Position numbers and translations under genes: made by a program
NCBI GenBank assembly: GCA_035537655.1
Contig: DATLLV010000102.1
Span: forward strand, 1 to 33,364
DNA length: 33,364 nucleotides
Reading direction: 5' to 3'
Origin: Miltoncostaeaceae bacterium
Lineage (GTDB): Bacteria; Actinomycetota; Thermoleophilia; Miltoncostaeales; Miltoncostaeaceae
Notes under the pieces: model-generated
Seen by the model: the letters and a program-made list of their open reading frames with translations, nothing else
Told to the model about the DNA's origin: nothing
The model's database searches: none
Part shown: piece by piece, positions 8,605 through 17,044 of the stretch
How positions within the stretch are numbered: the first letter of the stretch is position 1
Layout: each line of letters begins with the position of its first letter

Positions 8605-8919
8605 ATGCCGTGGGCAGTGATCCAGGAGTGGTCGATGGGCGGGCACGACACCAGCGGCTACGACGCCGTCAACCTGCAGCTCGGCGCCATCGAGAACCCC
8701 CCGGCGGGCCTCATCGTCCACACGGCCGGCGGGACCGAGGACGGCGGCTTCCGCGTCTTCGACGTCTGGGAGACGCGCGAGGCGTGGGAGGCTTTCGAGC
8801 GCGACCGGCTCGGGCCCGCGATCGAGGCGGCCATGGCCGCGCTGCCGGCCGACGTGCGCGAGACGATGGGGCCGCCCGACCAGACCATGTACGAGCTGCA
8901 CGGCTTCATGCGGCCGTAG
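8605..8919 (+). CDS. small conserved hypothetical protein (possibly a dimeric alpha/beta-barrel, ABM-like)
   Basis: 104 aa. GAGGAGG lies 6 nt upstream of the ATG. Composition is protein-like (..FRVFDVWETREAWEAFERDRLGPAIE..). I cannot name a firm family. Confidence 0.55.
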   Translation: MPWAVIQEWSMGGHDTSGYDAVNLQLGAIENPPAGLIVHTAGGTEDGGFRVFDVWETREAWEAFERDRLGPAIEAAMAALPADVRETMGPPDQTMYELHGFMRP

Positions 8920-8934
8920 CGACGCCGCGGCGGG

Positions 8935-10032
8935 TCAGGCGACGGCGCGCGCGACGTCCGACAGCGACAGCAGGCCCACCAGCCGCTCGCCGTCGAGCAC
9001 GAGCGCGCGCCCGATGCCCGAGGAGCGCAGCGCCGTCACGGCCGCGCCGAGGTCGTCCTCGGCGGAGAGCGTGGGCAGGTGGTCCAGGTGGAGCATGCAG
9101 TCGCCGACGCGGCGCGTGTGCCACTCCGCGCGCGGCACCTGGGCCAGGGCCTGGAGCGGCATGATCCCGACCGCCCGCCCGGCCTCCACGACCGGGTAGG
9201 CGCCGAAGCGCTGGCCCCAGGCGATCCGCTCGACGAAGGCGGCGAGCGTCTCGTGCGGGACCGCCGTGACCGGGTCGCGCACCATCAGGTCGCTGACGCG
9301 CTTCCCGGCCAGCGGGTCGGCGCCGCGCATGATCACGCGCGCCTCGGCGGCCGAGGCCTGGAGCAGGAACCAGCCGATGATGGCGAACCAGAGGCCGCTG
9401 AAGGTCCCCTGCAGGATGAACAGGGCGATGCCGAGGCCGATCAGGACGAACGAGATGATCCGTCCGCCGCCCGCGGCGAGCCGGGTGGCGCTCTGCAGAT
9501 CGCCCTTCCAGCGCCACAGCGCCGCCCGCAGCATGCGGCCGCCGTCGAGCGGCAGGGCCGGCAGCAGGTTGAACGCCAGCAGCGCAAGGTTGATGACCCC
9601 GAGCCAGGCACAGACCGCGCCGGCCGCCTCCGGTAGCCCGGGCACGTAGGCGAGGCCGATGAAGCCCCCGCCGAGGGCGGCGGAGACCAGCGGGCCGGCG
9701 ATCGCGATGCGGAACTCGGCGCCGGGCGAGGGGAACATCCCGGCGAAGCGGGCGACGCCGCCGAAGAGCCAGAGCGTGATGCCGTCGATCTGCATGCCGT
9801 CGCGGCGGGCCTGCACGGCATGGCCCAGCTCGTGCAGCAGGATCGACGCGAAGAAGGCCAGCGCCGCCGCCACCGCCATGGCGAAGTAGGTGTTGTCGCC
9901 GAGACCGGGGTTCGCGTCCGGGAAGACGCTCCTGGCCAGCGTCCAGATCAGGAGCGCCAGGAGCAGCAGGACGCTCCAGTTCAGGCCGATCCTGACGCCG
10001 GCGATGCGCCCCAGCGAGTAGCTGTCCCTCAC
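8935..10032 (-). CDS. site-2 protease family (M50) metalloprotease with a C-terminal CBS pair
   Basis: It has HELGHAV (HExxH), a downstream ..NLLPALPLDGGR motif, several TM segments and two CBS-like repeats at the C-terminus. I take the start at GTG 10032 (VRDSYSLGRIAGVRIGLNW, the usual family N-terminus). The listed start at 10176 adds 48 Arg/Pro-rich codons. Confidence 0.85.
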   Translation of the reverse strand: MRDSYSLGRIAGVRIGLNWSVLLLLALLIWTLARSVFPDANPGLGDNTYFAMAVAAALAFFASILLHELGHAVQARRDGMQIDGITLWLFGGVARFAGMFPSPGAEFRIAIAGPLVSAALGGGFIGLAYVPGLPEAAGAVCAWLGVINLALLAFNLLPALPLDGGRMLRAALWRWKGDLQSATRLAAGGGRIISFVLIGLGIALFILQGTFSGLWFAIIGWFLLQASAAEARVIMRGADPLAGKRVSDLMVRDPVTAVPHETLAAFVERIAWGQRFGAYPVVEAGRAVGIMPLQALAQVPRAEWHTRRVGDCMLHLDHLPTLSAEDDLGAAVTALRSSGIGRALVLDGERLVGLLSLSDVARAVA

Positions 10033-10039
10033 AGTGTTG

Positions 10040-10045
10040 AGTGTA
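10040..10045 (-). promoter_or_regulatory. candidate -10 box (TACACT on the minus strand), 7 nt upstream of GTG 10032
   Basis: Minus strand reads tacact-caacact-gtg. There is no SD. Confidence 0.3.
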
Positions 10046-10072
10046 GGCCCACCCGGGCCGGAATTGCCCCTT

Positions 10073-11029
10073 TCAGGCGATTCTCGCGCCGGGGTCGACC
10101 AACCGCAGGAGCGCGTCGCAGGCCCGGCTGGCCGGCGCCGGCACGCCCAGCGCCGCGGCGCGGCGCGCGACGGCACCGACCAGGGCCTCGCGCTCCAGAG
10201 GGCGGCCGGCCTCGAGGTCGAAGAGCGTTGAGGAGCCGCCGTCGGACGGCAGCCGCCGGCGGGCGTCGGCGAGGTAGGTCTCGGCCGCGTCGGGCGCGAC
10301 GTCGACCCCCGACGCCAGCGCGACGGCGACCGCCTCCCGCCCCAGCGCGAGCATCAGCGCGACCGCCTCCGGGTCGGCGAAGACCCGCCCCACCCGCGCC
10401 CGCCCGAGCGCGGTGACCGTGTTCAGGGACGCGTTCGCCACCAGCTTCGTCCAGAGCGCGGGCTCGTCGGTAAGGTCGACCCGGGCCGGGACCCCGAGCG
10501 CCTCCGCGACGGCGGCGAGGGCACCGCCCGGCGCTCCGGCGCCGCCGCCCGCCAGGCGGTCGCGCAGCCGGCCCGTCGAGGGGTCACGGCTGGGGCGGCG
10601 CACCACCCGGTCCGGCGCGAGGCGCTGGCAGCCCAGGTAGACGGCCACGCCCCCGACGGCGGCGCCCGGGCAGGCCCGCCGCAGCGTCGCCGGGTTGTCC
10701 ACCCCGTTCTGGAACGAGAGCACGACCGCCCCCGGGGCGAGCGCGGGCGCGAGGGCCGCCCCGGCGGCGGCCGTGTCCCGGCTCTTCGTGCAGACGATGG
10801 CCAGCTCGACGGGCGCCCGTTCCGACGGGTCGGCGACCGCCGTCAGGGCGACCTCGCGCTCGACGCCGTCGTCGGTCAGGCGCAGGGGCCCCGCCCGCAG
10901 CGCGTCGAGCGAGGCGCCCCGGGCCACGACGGCGACGTCGCGCCCGGCCTCGGCCAGGCGCGCCGCGGTGAAGGCGCCGATCGCCCCCGCGCCGACGACG
11001 AGCGTCCGCGGGGCCGCCCCGTCGCTCAG
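10073..11029 (-). CDS. panE: 2-dehydropantoate 2-reductase (ketopantoate reductase, ApbA/PanE family)
   Basis: It has a Rossmann N-terminus (LVVGAGAIGAFTAARLAEAG), ..IVCTKS.., ..QNGV.. and a PanE-like C-terminal domain. No ATG, GTG or TTG lies upstream of the GxGxxG. The only plausible start is CTG 11029-11027, which overlaps the rnhA TGA. The rest of the listed 550-aa ORF is out-of-frame read-through of rnhA. Confidence 0.75.
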   Translation of the reverse strand: MSDGAAPRTLVVGAGAIGAFTAARLAEAGRDVAVVARGASLDALRAGPLRLTDDGVEREVALTAVADPSERAPVELAIVCTKSRDTAAAGAALAPALAPGAVVLSFQNGVDNPATLRRACPGAAVGGVAVYLGCQRLAPDRVVRRPSRDPSTGRLRDRLAGGGAGAPGGALAAVAEALGVPARVDLTDEPALWTKLVANASLNTVTALGRARVGRVFADPEAVALMLALGREAVAVALASGVDVAPDAAETYLADARRRLPSDGGSSTLFDLEAGRPLEREALVGAVARRAAALGVPAPASRACDALLRLVDPGARIA

Positions 11030-11553
11030 ACGTCCAGCCCCAGCTGGCCCTCGACCCGCGGCGGCGGCGCGTCGTCGGGCGGCGGCGCCGGCGGCGGGGC
11101 CGGCTCGGCGTCCTTGGCGGCCTCCTGGGCCAGGCGGTCGGCCCGCTCGTTGGCGTCGTGGCCCGCGTGCCCGCGCACGAGGGTCGGGCGCACGCGCAGG
11201 CGGGCGAGCTGGGCGATCATCCGCTCCCAGAGGTCGCGGTTGGCGACCGGCTGCTTGCCCGAGGTGCGCCAGCCCTTCCGGCTCCAGCCGTCCAGCCAGC
11301 CCTTGCCGATGGCGTTGGCGACGTAGCTCGAGTCGGTGACGAGCTCGACCTCGGCGCCGTCCGGCACCGCCGCCAGGCCCTCGAGCGCGGCCGTCAGCTC
11401 CATGCGGTTGTTCGTCGTCGGGAACTCGCCCCCGGTGAGGACGGTCTCCTCGCCGTCGGGGGCGGTGATGATCGCGGCCCACCCGCCGCGGGCGGCCTCG
11501 GTGCCGTTGCCCGAGCAGGCGCCGTCGGTGACGAGGGTGAATGTCTCGGCCAT
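11026..11553 (-). CDS. rnhA: ribonuclease HI with a Pro-rich C-terminal tail
   Basis: 175 aa. It has the DGACSGNG.., ..NNRMELTA.., ..TDSSYV.. and ..HAGH..NERAD.. pattern (DEDD catalytic residues). The last ~30 aa (AEPAPPPAPPPDDAPPP..) are low complexity. Confidence 0.9.
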   Translation of the reverse strand: MAETFTLVTDGACSGNGTEAARGGWAAIITAPDGEETVLTGGEFPTTNNRMELTAALEGLAAVPDGAEVELVTDSSYVANAIGKGWLDGWSRKGWRTSGKQPVANRDLWERMIAQLARLRVRPTLVRGHAGHDANERADRLAQEAAKDAEPAPPPAPPPDDAPPPRVEGQLGLDV

Positions 11554-11618
11554 GGCGCTCTTGGTACCGTAGCGCCCGCCTCGGCCGGGCGTGGCCGGGG
11601 GTCCGCGAGGGGGACCGA

Positions 11619-12413
11619 TTGCCCGAGGGCCAGGATGCGGGGCGCAGCTTCGACCGGAGCGCGGAGCAGTACGACGAGCTGCTGGCGCGCAACCGCATGG
11701 GCGCTGAGCGCCTGGTCGCGGCCATCCCGCCCGGCGACTACGCCCGCATCCTCGACGTGGGCTGCGGCACGGGCTTCGTGACCGAGGCGATGGTGGCGCG
11801 CTTCGGGTCGTCCAGCGTGACCGGGGTCGACCCCTCCGAGCCGATGCTCGAGCGCTTCCGCGAGAAGCTCGAGGGGCTGGGGATCGAGGGCGAGCTGATC
11901 CGCTCGAGCGTCCACGAGATGCCGGTGCCGGACGAGGCCTTCGACGCCGTGGTCAGCGGCATGGCGTTCCACTGGTTCCCCGACAAGCCCGCGGCGGTGG
12001 CGGCGATGGCGCGGCGCGCGCGCCCGGGCGGCGTCGTGGCCATCCTGGCCTCGGGGGCGGGCACCGACCAGGAGTTCCAGCGGCTGCTCGAGGGGATCGA
12101 CCCGCCCGTGCCCCCCGCCTGGACCGACGTGTTCGACCGCATCCACCGCACCGGCGCCGAGCTGGCCTCCTACATGGAGGACGCGGGCCTCGAGATCGTC
12201 GACGTCTGGGAGGAGCACCGCGCCCGGCGGGCGGCGCCCGAGGCCTTCATGGCCCGGATCGGGGCCGTCGCCTCCCACCTGTCCGACGACCTCGACCGCG
12301 CCGAGGCCGAGGGCCACGCGGCCCGGGTCGCGGCCGCGCTCACGGCCGCCGCCGGGCCGCGCGGCTTCGAGTACACGTTCGTGAAGCTGTACGGGATCGC
12401 GCGCAGGCCCTAG
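11619..12413 (+). CDS. class I SAM-dependent methyltransferase
   Basis: It has FDRSAEQYDELL and ILDVGCGTGF (motif I), plus ..FDAVVSGMAFHWF. The preferred start is TTG 11619, with GAGGGGGA 5 nt upstream. The listed ATG at 11541 would overlap the divergent rnhA start. Confidence 0.75.
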   Translation: MPEGQDAGRSFDRSAEQYDELLARNRMGAERLVAAIPPGDYARILDVGCGTGFVTEAMVARFGSSSVTGVDPSEPMLERFREKLEGLGIEGELIRSSVHEMPVPDEAFDAVVSGMAFHWFPDKPAAVAAMARRARPGGVVAILASGAGTDQEFQRLLEGIDPPVPPAWTDVFDRIHRTGAELASYMEDAGLEIVDVWEEHRARRAAPEAFMARIGAVASHLSDDLDRAEAEGHAARVAAALTAAAGPRGFEYTFVKLYGIARRP

Positions 12414-12444
12414 CGCGCCCGAGGCGGTGTGCCGGCCGCCGTCA

Positions 12445-12463
12445 CGCCCTCGGCGCGAGGGCG
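12445..12463 (+). terminator. possible GC-rich hairpin downstream of the methyltransferase gene (no U-tract)
   Basis: cgccctc-ggcgc-gagggcg forms a perfect 7-bp stem with a 5-nt loop, about 30 nt after the stop at 12413. Confidence 0.25.
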
Positions 12464-12511
12464 GCGCTCCGCGCGCGCCACGCGCACGCCGCGACGGCGC
12501 ATCCTGGGGAC

Positions 12512-13219
12512 GTGCCGCTCGACCCGATCCTCGCCCTCTGGACGGCGGCCGCAGCGGCGCTCGGGCTGGCCCTCGGCCCCGCCGCGGCGGCGACGGTGGC
12601 GCGCTGGCCGCGCGGCGAGCCCGTCCTCCGGCCCCGGCCGCCCTGCGCGGCCTTGCGGGCACTGCGCGGGCGCCCGGCCGGCCGCGAGGCGCTGGCGGTC
12701 GAGGCGGCGAGCGCCCTCGCGGCGGCCGGCGCGGTCGCGCTCGCCGGCGCCGGGGCGCGGGGGGTCGCGGCGGCGGCGCTCGCCGTCGCGCTCGTGCCGG
12801 TCGTGGTCATCGACGTGCGCCACCGCCTGGTCCCCGACGTCGTGGTGCTGCCGGCGGCCGCGGTCGCCCTGGCGGCCGCCGTCGCCGCCGACCCCGGGCG
12901 CTGGTGGGCGCCGGTGGCCGCGGCCCTCGGCGCCGCCGCGTTCCTGGTGCTGCCGTGGCTCGTGCGCCCGGAGGCGATGGGCCTCGGCGACGTCAAGCTG
13001 GCGCTGGCGATGGGCGCCGCGCTCGGGGGGGCGGTGGTGCCCGCCCTGCTGGCGGCGTTCGCGGCCGCGGCGGCGGCCTGCGCCGGGCTGGTCATCCGCC
13101 ACGGCCGCCGCGCCCGGCGGATGACGGTGCCGTTCGGGCCCTTCCTCGCGGGCGGCGCCCTGGTCGGGCTCGCGTGGGGCCCCGCGATGCTCGCCTGGTG
13201 GGCCGGCGGGCCGGCGTGA
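12512..13219 (+). CDS. prepilin (type IV leader) peptidase, A24 family, short form
   Basis: 235 aa, polytopic. It has ..VVVIDVRHRLVPD.. and ..GLGDVKLALAMG.. (the two catalytic Asp motifs) and ..PFGPFLA... It lacks the N-terminal double CxxC zinc region. Confidence 0.85.
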   Translation: MPLDPILALWTAAAAALGLALGPAAAATVARWPRGEPVLRPRPPCAALRALRGRPAGREALAVEAASALAAAGAVALAGAGARGVAAAALAVALVPVVVIDVRHRLVPDVVVLPAAAVALAAAVAADPGRWWAPVAAALGAAAFLVLPWLVRPEAMGLGDVKLALAMGAALGGAVVPALLAAFAAAAAACAGLVIRHGRRARRMTVPFGPFLAGGALVGLAWGPAMLAWWAGGPA

Positions 13220-13221
13220 GC

Positions 13222-14034
13222 TCAGCCCCCGGGCTCGGAGATGGCCAGCGGCCGCCCCACCAGCAGGTCGCCGGCCCGGGCCGCGATGGCGTCCGCCAGC
13301 CAGGCGTCGATCGCGCCGTCCCTGGCGGCGTCGAGCTCCAGGGCCACGATCAGGCGGCTCAGGCCGCCCTGGCCCTCGCGGACGACCACCCGCGGCGGCC
13401 CGTCCCACGGCCCGCCCGCGCCGGCGACCGACCCGGCGACGTCCTGGATCGCGGCCTGCACCGCCTCGGGGTCGCGCGTGAGCATCTCCAGGCGCACCCG
13501 GCGGCGCCCGTCCGGGATCACGCGGACGCCGGCGATCTGGCCGTTGGGGATGATCATCCGCTCGCCGCCCGGGCTGCGGAGGGTGGTGGCGCGCAGGCCG
13601 ATCGACTCCACCCGGCCGGTGTAGCCGCTGGGCTCGACGCTGATGGTGTCGCCGACGACGTAGTCGCCCTCGAAGAGGATGAAGAAGCCGGCGATCGCGT
13701 CGACCAGCAGGCGCTGCGAAGCGAAGCCCGCGATCACCACGACGAGGGCCCCGCCGCTCACGGCGGCGACGCTGCCCCCGCCCGCGATCGCGAAGACGAT
13801 CGCCACGATCGCGCCGACCAGGATCACGTAGCGCAGGGCGCTCGCCATCGCCTTGATCGCCGTCTCGCGATGGCGCGCCTTCGGGCTCTCGCCGCGCGAG
13901 CGCCGGATCAGGCGGCTCATCAGCCAGGCGGCGAGCCACGCCAGCACCAGCGCCCCGACGATGATCAGGGCGGTCAGGGTCAGCCGCTCCGCCCAGCTCG
14001 GCAGGCCGAAGACGGTCGCGGGCGCCAGGGGCAC
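13222..14034 (-). CDS. small-conductance mechanosensitive channel (MscS family)
   Basis: It has TM helices followed by ..FEGDYVVGDTISV...GRVESIGLRATTLRSPGGERMIIPNG (MscS beta-domain signature). I take the start at GTG 14034. Upstream codons of the listed ORF are Arg/Pro junk. Confidence 0.85.
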   Translation of the reverse strand: MPLAPATVFGLPSWAERLTLTALIIVGALVLAWLAAWLMSRLIRRSRGESPKARHRETAIKAMASALRYVILVGAIVAIVFAIAGGGSVAAVSGGALVVVIAGFASQRLLVDAIAGFFILFEGDYVVGDTISVEPSGYTGRVESIGLRATTLRSPGGERMIIPNGQIAGVRVIPDGRRRVRLEMLTRDPEAVQAAIQDVAGSVAGAGGPWDGPPRVVVREGQGGLSRLIVALELDAARDGAIDAWLADAIAARAGDLLVGRPLAISEPGG

Positions 14035-14040
14035 GCCGCG

Positions 14041-14046
14041 ATGATA
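14041..14046 (-). promoter_or_regulatory. candidate -10 box (TATCAT on the minus strand), 6 nt upstream of GTG 14034
   Basis: Minus strand reads tatcat-cgcggc-gtg, in the 38-nt gap after the upstream stop. Confidence 0.25.
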
Positions 14047-14072
14047 CGGGGACCCGCCGCCGGTCCCGCGGC

Positions 14073-14513
14073 TCAGGCGGGCGGGTCCTCCACCGTGAAG
14101 GCCTGCACGCCGACGATGGCGAAGACGCGCATGCCGGGCATCTCCCAGAGGTAGCCGTCGTCCGGGCGCAGGCGGCGCGCGCTCACCGCGCCCGCCGCCA
14201 GGTGGGCCTCGAGGGCGTCGGCCGCGGGGCCGGCCATCTGGGCTCGGAGGGCGAGCAGGGTGCGCTCGGCCTCGGCGGCGTCGGCGGGGCTCAGCGCCGG
14301 GCCGGGATCGTCGCCCGGGGTGCGGCCGCGCCACTCGCCCAGCCGCGCGCGCAGGGCGGGGTCGTCGTCCGGGCGCCGGGTCACGGCCGGCCGGGGCGGC
14401 GCGCCCGGGCCGGCGGGGGCAAGGGGCGGCCGCCGTGAGCGGCTGCGCAGGCGGCGCAGCTCCCGGATCGTCAGCAGCCATTCGCGGGCCTCGCGGAAAA
14501 GCCCGCGCCTCAC
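14073..14513 (-). CDS. hypothetical protein (146 aa) immediately upstream of the MscS gene
   Basis: This is the C-terminal 146 codons of the listed 955-aa ORF. GTG 14513 is preceded by GAGGAC. Third positions are strongly G/C. The protein has an N-terminal helix (LFREAREWLLTIRELRRL), a Pro/Arg-rich linker, and a C-terminal ..DDGYLWEMPGMRVFAIVGVQAFTVED. I recognise no family. Confidence 0.45.
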   Translation of the reverse strand: MRRGLFREAREWLLTIRELRRLRSRSRRPPLAPAGPGAPPRPAVTRRPDDDPALRARLGEWRGRTPGDDPGPALSPADAAEAERTLLALRAQMAGPAADALEAHLAAGAVSARRLRPDDGYLWEMPGMRVFAIVGVQAFTVEDPPA

Positions 14514-14573
14514 GACGACGTCCTCTCGGCCATGGGGACCCCTCCGGCGCGGTGTGGTGGCTGAGAGACTGAC

Positions 14574-15776
14574 ATGCCCGTGCGACCGCTCTCCGCCGAT
14601 GCCCGCCCGCCGGACGGCGGGCTCGCCGCCGCGCCCGGCCTCCCGGAGGTGGCGCGGGAGTGGGGCCGGATCGGCGTGGTCGGCTTCGGCGGCCCGCCGG
14701 CGCACATCGCGCTGCTGCGGACGCTCTGCGTCGACCGGCGCCGCTGGATCGACGCGCGCCACTTCGAGGACGCGATCGCGGCCACCAACCTGCTGCCGGG
14801 GCCCGCCTCGACCCAGCTCGCGATCTACTGCGCCTGGCGCCTGCGCGGGACCGCCGGGGCGCTGGTGGGCGGGCTCTGCTTCATCCTGCCCGGCCTCGTG
14901 ATGATCATCGCGCTGGCGGCCCTGTTCCTGTCCGGGTCGCCGCCCGACTGGGTGCGCGGGGCGGGCGCGGGCGCCGGCGCCGCGGTGGCCGCCGTGGCGG
15001 TCGAGGCGGGCATGCGGCTGGCGCTGCCGGCGTGGCGGCGCGCCCGCGGCGCGCACCGCCGGCGCGCGCTCGCATACGCCGTCGCCGGCGGCGCGGCGGC
15101 GGCCACGCTCGGGCCGTGGCTCGTGCTGGTGCTGCTCGCGTGCGGCCTGGTCGAGATGGCGTGGCGCCGCGGGGCGTTCCGGGCGTCGGCCGCGGCGCTG
15201 TCGCCGGCCGCGCTGCTGCTCGCCGCGGGCGCCGGGACGGGCGGCCTGGGGGCGCTGGCGTGGACGGCGTTCAAGGTGGGCGCCCTCTCGTACGGCGGCG
15301 GCTTCGTGATCATCCCGCTGATGCAGGCCGACGCGGTGGACCGCTTCGGCTGGATGACCGACGGCCAGTTCCTGAACGCGGTCGCGCTGGGCCAGGTGAC
15401 GCCGGGGCCGGTGACGCACACGGTCGCGGTCGTGGGCTACGCGGCGGCGGGCGTGGGCGGGGCGCTGTTCGCCGCGCTGATCGCGTTCGCGCCCTCGTTC
15501 TCGTTCGTCCTGCTGGGCGCGGACCGCTTCGACCGGCTGCTGGCGAACACCGACGTGCGCGCGTTCCTCGACGGCGCCGGGCCGGCGGCGATCGGGGCGA
15601 TCCTGGGCTCCGCCATCCCGCTGGCGCTGGCGATCGGGGAGGCGTGGCAGGTCGCCGTGCTCGCGGGGGCGGCGCTGGCGCTGTTCGTCGCCCGGCGGGG
15701 CGTGGTGTCGACGCTCCTGGCGGCCGGCGCCGTCGGGGCGGTGCTCGCCCTGGCCGGAGCACCGCTGCCCGGCTAG
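14574..15776 (+). CDS. chrA: chromate transporter ChrA (two fused CHR domains)
   Basis: 400 aa. It has GVVGFGGPPAHIALLR...NLLPGPASTQLAIY in the first half and a second ..YGGGFVIIPLM...GQVTPGPV.. repeat. Confidence 0.9.
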   Translation: MPVRPLSADARPPDGGLAAAPGLPEVAREWGRIGVVGFGGPPAHIALLRTLCVDRRRWIDARHFEDAIAATNLLPGPASTQLAIYCAWRLRGTAGALVGGLCFILPGLVMIIALAALFLSGSPPDWVRGAGAGAGAAVAAVAVEAGMRLALPAWRRARGAHRRRALAYAVAGGAAAATLGPWLVLVLLACGLVEMAWRRGAFRASAAALSPAALLLAAGAGTGGLGALAWTAFKVGALSYGGGFVIIPLMQADAVDRFGWMTDGQFLNAVALGQVTPGPVTHTVAVVGYAAAGVGGALFAALIAFAPSFSFVLLGADRFDRLLANTDVRAFLDGAGPAAIGAILGSAIPLALAIGEAWQVAVLAGAALALFVARRGVVSTLLAAGAVGAVLALAGAPLPG

Positions 15777-15785
15777 AAGGAGGAC

Positions 15786-17033
15786 ATGGCCGCCACGCAG
15801 TACGAGGAGCTCCGCCACTTCCGCACCCGGGTGCCGGGCGAGGAGCAGCGGGTCACGAACCTCGAGCTGTTCTTCGACCTGGTCTTCGTCTTCGCGGTCA
15901 CCCAGCTCTCCCACTCGCTGGCCGTCCACCTCACCTGGACCGGCGCGCTGCGGACGCTCTTCCTGCTGCTGGTCGTGTGGTGGGTCTGGAGCTACACGAC
16001 CTGGATGACGAACTGGCTGGACCCGGAGCGGACGCCCGTGCGGCTGCTGATCCTGGGGATGATGGTCGGCAGCCTGCTGATGGCCATCGCCATCCCGGAC
16101 GCCTTCGGCGACCGGGCCGTCCTCTTCGCCGCCGGCTACGTCGCGGTGCAGGTCATGCGCAACGCGTTCATGGTCTACGCGACGCCGCCCGGGTCGGTCA
16201 TCCGGCTGGCGTTCGTCCGCATCGCCGCCTGGTCGGTGGCCACCGGCCTGCTCTTCATCGTCGGCGCGTTCCTGCCGACGGCCGGGCAGGTGACCCTCTG
16301 GGCGATCGCGCTGGCGCTCGACTACGCCGGCCCCTACGCCCGCTACTGGGTGCCGGTGCTGGGCGCGTCGGACACGGCCGACTGGGACATCGAGGCCGGG
16401 CTCTTCGCCGAGCGCTTCCAGCTCTTCATCATCATCGCGCTCGGCGAGACGATCGTCGTCACCGGGCTGACGGCCAGCGACCTCGACCTCGACGCCGCCC
16501 GGCTGCTGGCGATCGTCGTGGCGGTGATCGGGACGGCGGCGTTCTGGTGGCTCTACTTCGACTACGTGGCCCGGATCGCGGGCCGGCGCCTGCAGGCGGC
16601 CGACGACGCCGGACGGCTCGCGCGGGACGCGTTCAGCTACATCCACATTCCGATGGTGGCGGGGATCATCGTCGCCGCGGTGGGCGACGAGCTCGTGATC
16701 GCCCACCCCGGCGAGGAGCTGAGCGCCGCCGGGCTGGCGTGCGTCGCGGGCGGCCCGGCGATCTACCTGCTGGGGCACGTCGCGCTGCGGCTGCGCATGG
16801 CGGGGTCGATCAGCCGCAAGCGCCTGGCCGCGGCGGGCGCCTGCGTCGTCGTCGGCATCGCGGCCGCGCCGCTGCCCGGGCTGGCGGTGAGCGCGATGGT
16901 CGCCGGGGTGTTGGTGGCGCTGATCGCGGCCGAGGCCCACTCGGGGCGCCGGTCGCGCATGCGCGGCGAGGCGAGCCCGCTGGAGGCCTTCGAGGCGTCG
17001 CTCGCGCGCGAGGCCGGCGCGCCGCCCCGCTAG
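15786..17033 (+). CDS. ltrA: low-temperature-requirement protein A (LtrA) family membrane protein
   Basis: 415 aa. AAGGAGGA lies upstream. The N-terminus ..RVTNLELFFDLVFVFAVTQLS.. and the many TM segments are typical of LtrA. Confidence 0.85.
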   Translation: MAATQYEELRHFRTRVPGEEQRVTNLELFFDLVFVFAVTQLSHSLAVHLTWTGALRTLFLLLVVWWVWSYTTWMTNWLDPERTPVRLLILGMMVGSLLMAIAIPDAFGDRAVLFAAGYVAVQVMRNAFMVYATPPGSVIRLAFVRIAAWSVATGLLFIVGAFLPTAGQVTLWAIALALDYAGPYARYWVPVLGASDTADWDIEAGLFAERFQLFIIIALGETIVVTGLTASDLDLDAARLLAIVVAVIGTAAFWWLYFDYVARIAGRRLQAADDAGRLARDAFSYIHIPMVAGIIVAAVGDELVIAHPGEELSAAGLACVAGGPAIYLLGHVALRLRMAGSISRKRLAAAGACVVVGIAAAPLPGLAVSAMVAGVLVALIAAEAHSGRRSRMRGEASPLEAFEASLAREAGAPPR

Positions 17034-17036
17034 ACT
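17031..17036 (+). promoter_or_regulatory. candidate -10 box (TAGACT), 8 nt upstream of the aroC GTG; overlaps the ltrA stop codon
   Basis: ctagactcgcgc (17030-17041) is identical to the 12-mer at 28562-28573 in front of dxs. No convincing -35 is seen. Confidence 0.3.
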
Positions 17037-17044
17037 CGCGCTCC

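Noticed and set aside
11541-11618. ATG 11541 as the start of the methyltransferase
   Set aside because: It would overlap the divergent rnhA start codon by 13 nt and add an Arg/Trp-rich, non-conserved-looking N-terminus. TTG 11619, with a GAGGGGGA SD, keeps the FDRSAEQYD N-terminus typical of these enzymes.
12512-12700. A possible frameshift in the prepilin peptidase N-terminus. A neighbouring frame reads ..RPCGHCAGA.., reminiscent of the PilD zinc-knuckle CxxC.
   Set aside because: The spacing is far too short for the canonical double-CxxC domain. Returning to the main frame would need two compensating indels. Short A24 peptidases without this domain are common. I treat it as chance in GC-rich sequence.
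14514-16940. The upstream ~800 codons of the 955-aa minus-strand ORF, antisense to chrA and ltrA
   Set aside because: The translation is Arg/Pro/Gly/Asp/His-rich junk, antisense to two clear membrane-protein genes. Only the last 146 codons (14073-14513) have their own SD and start and a protein-like sequence.
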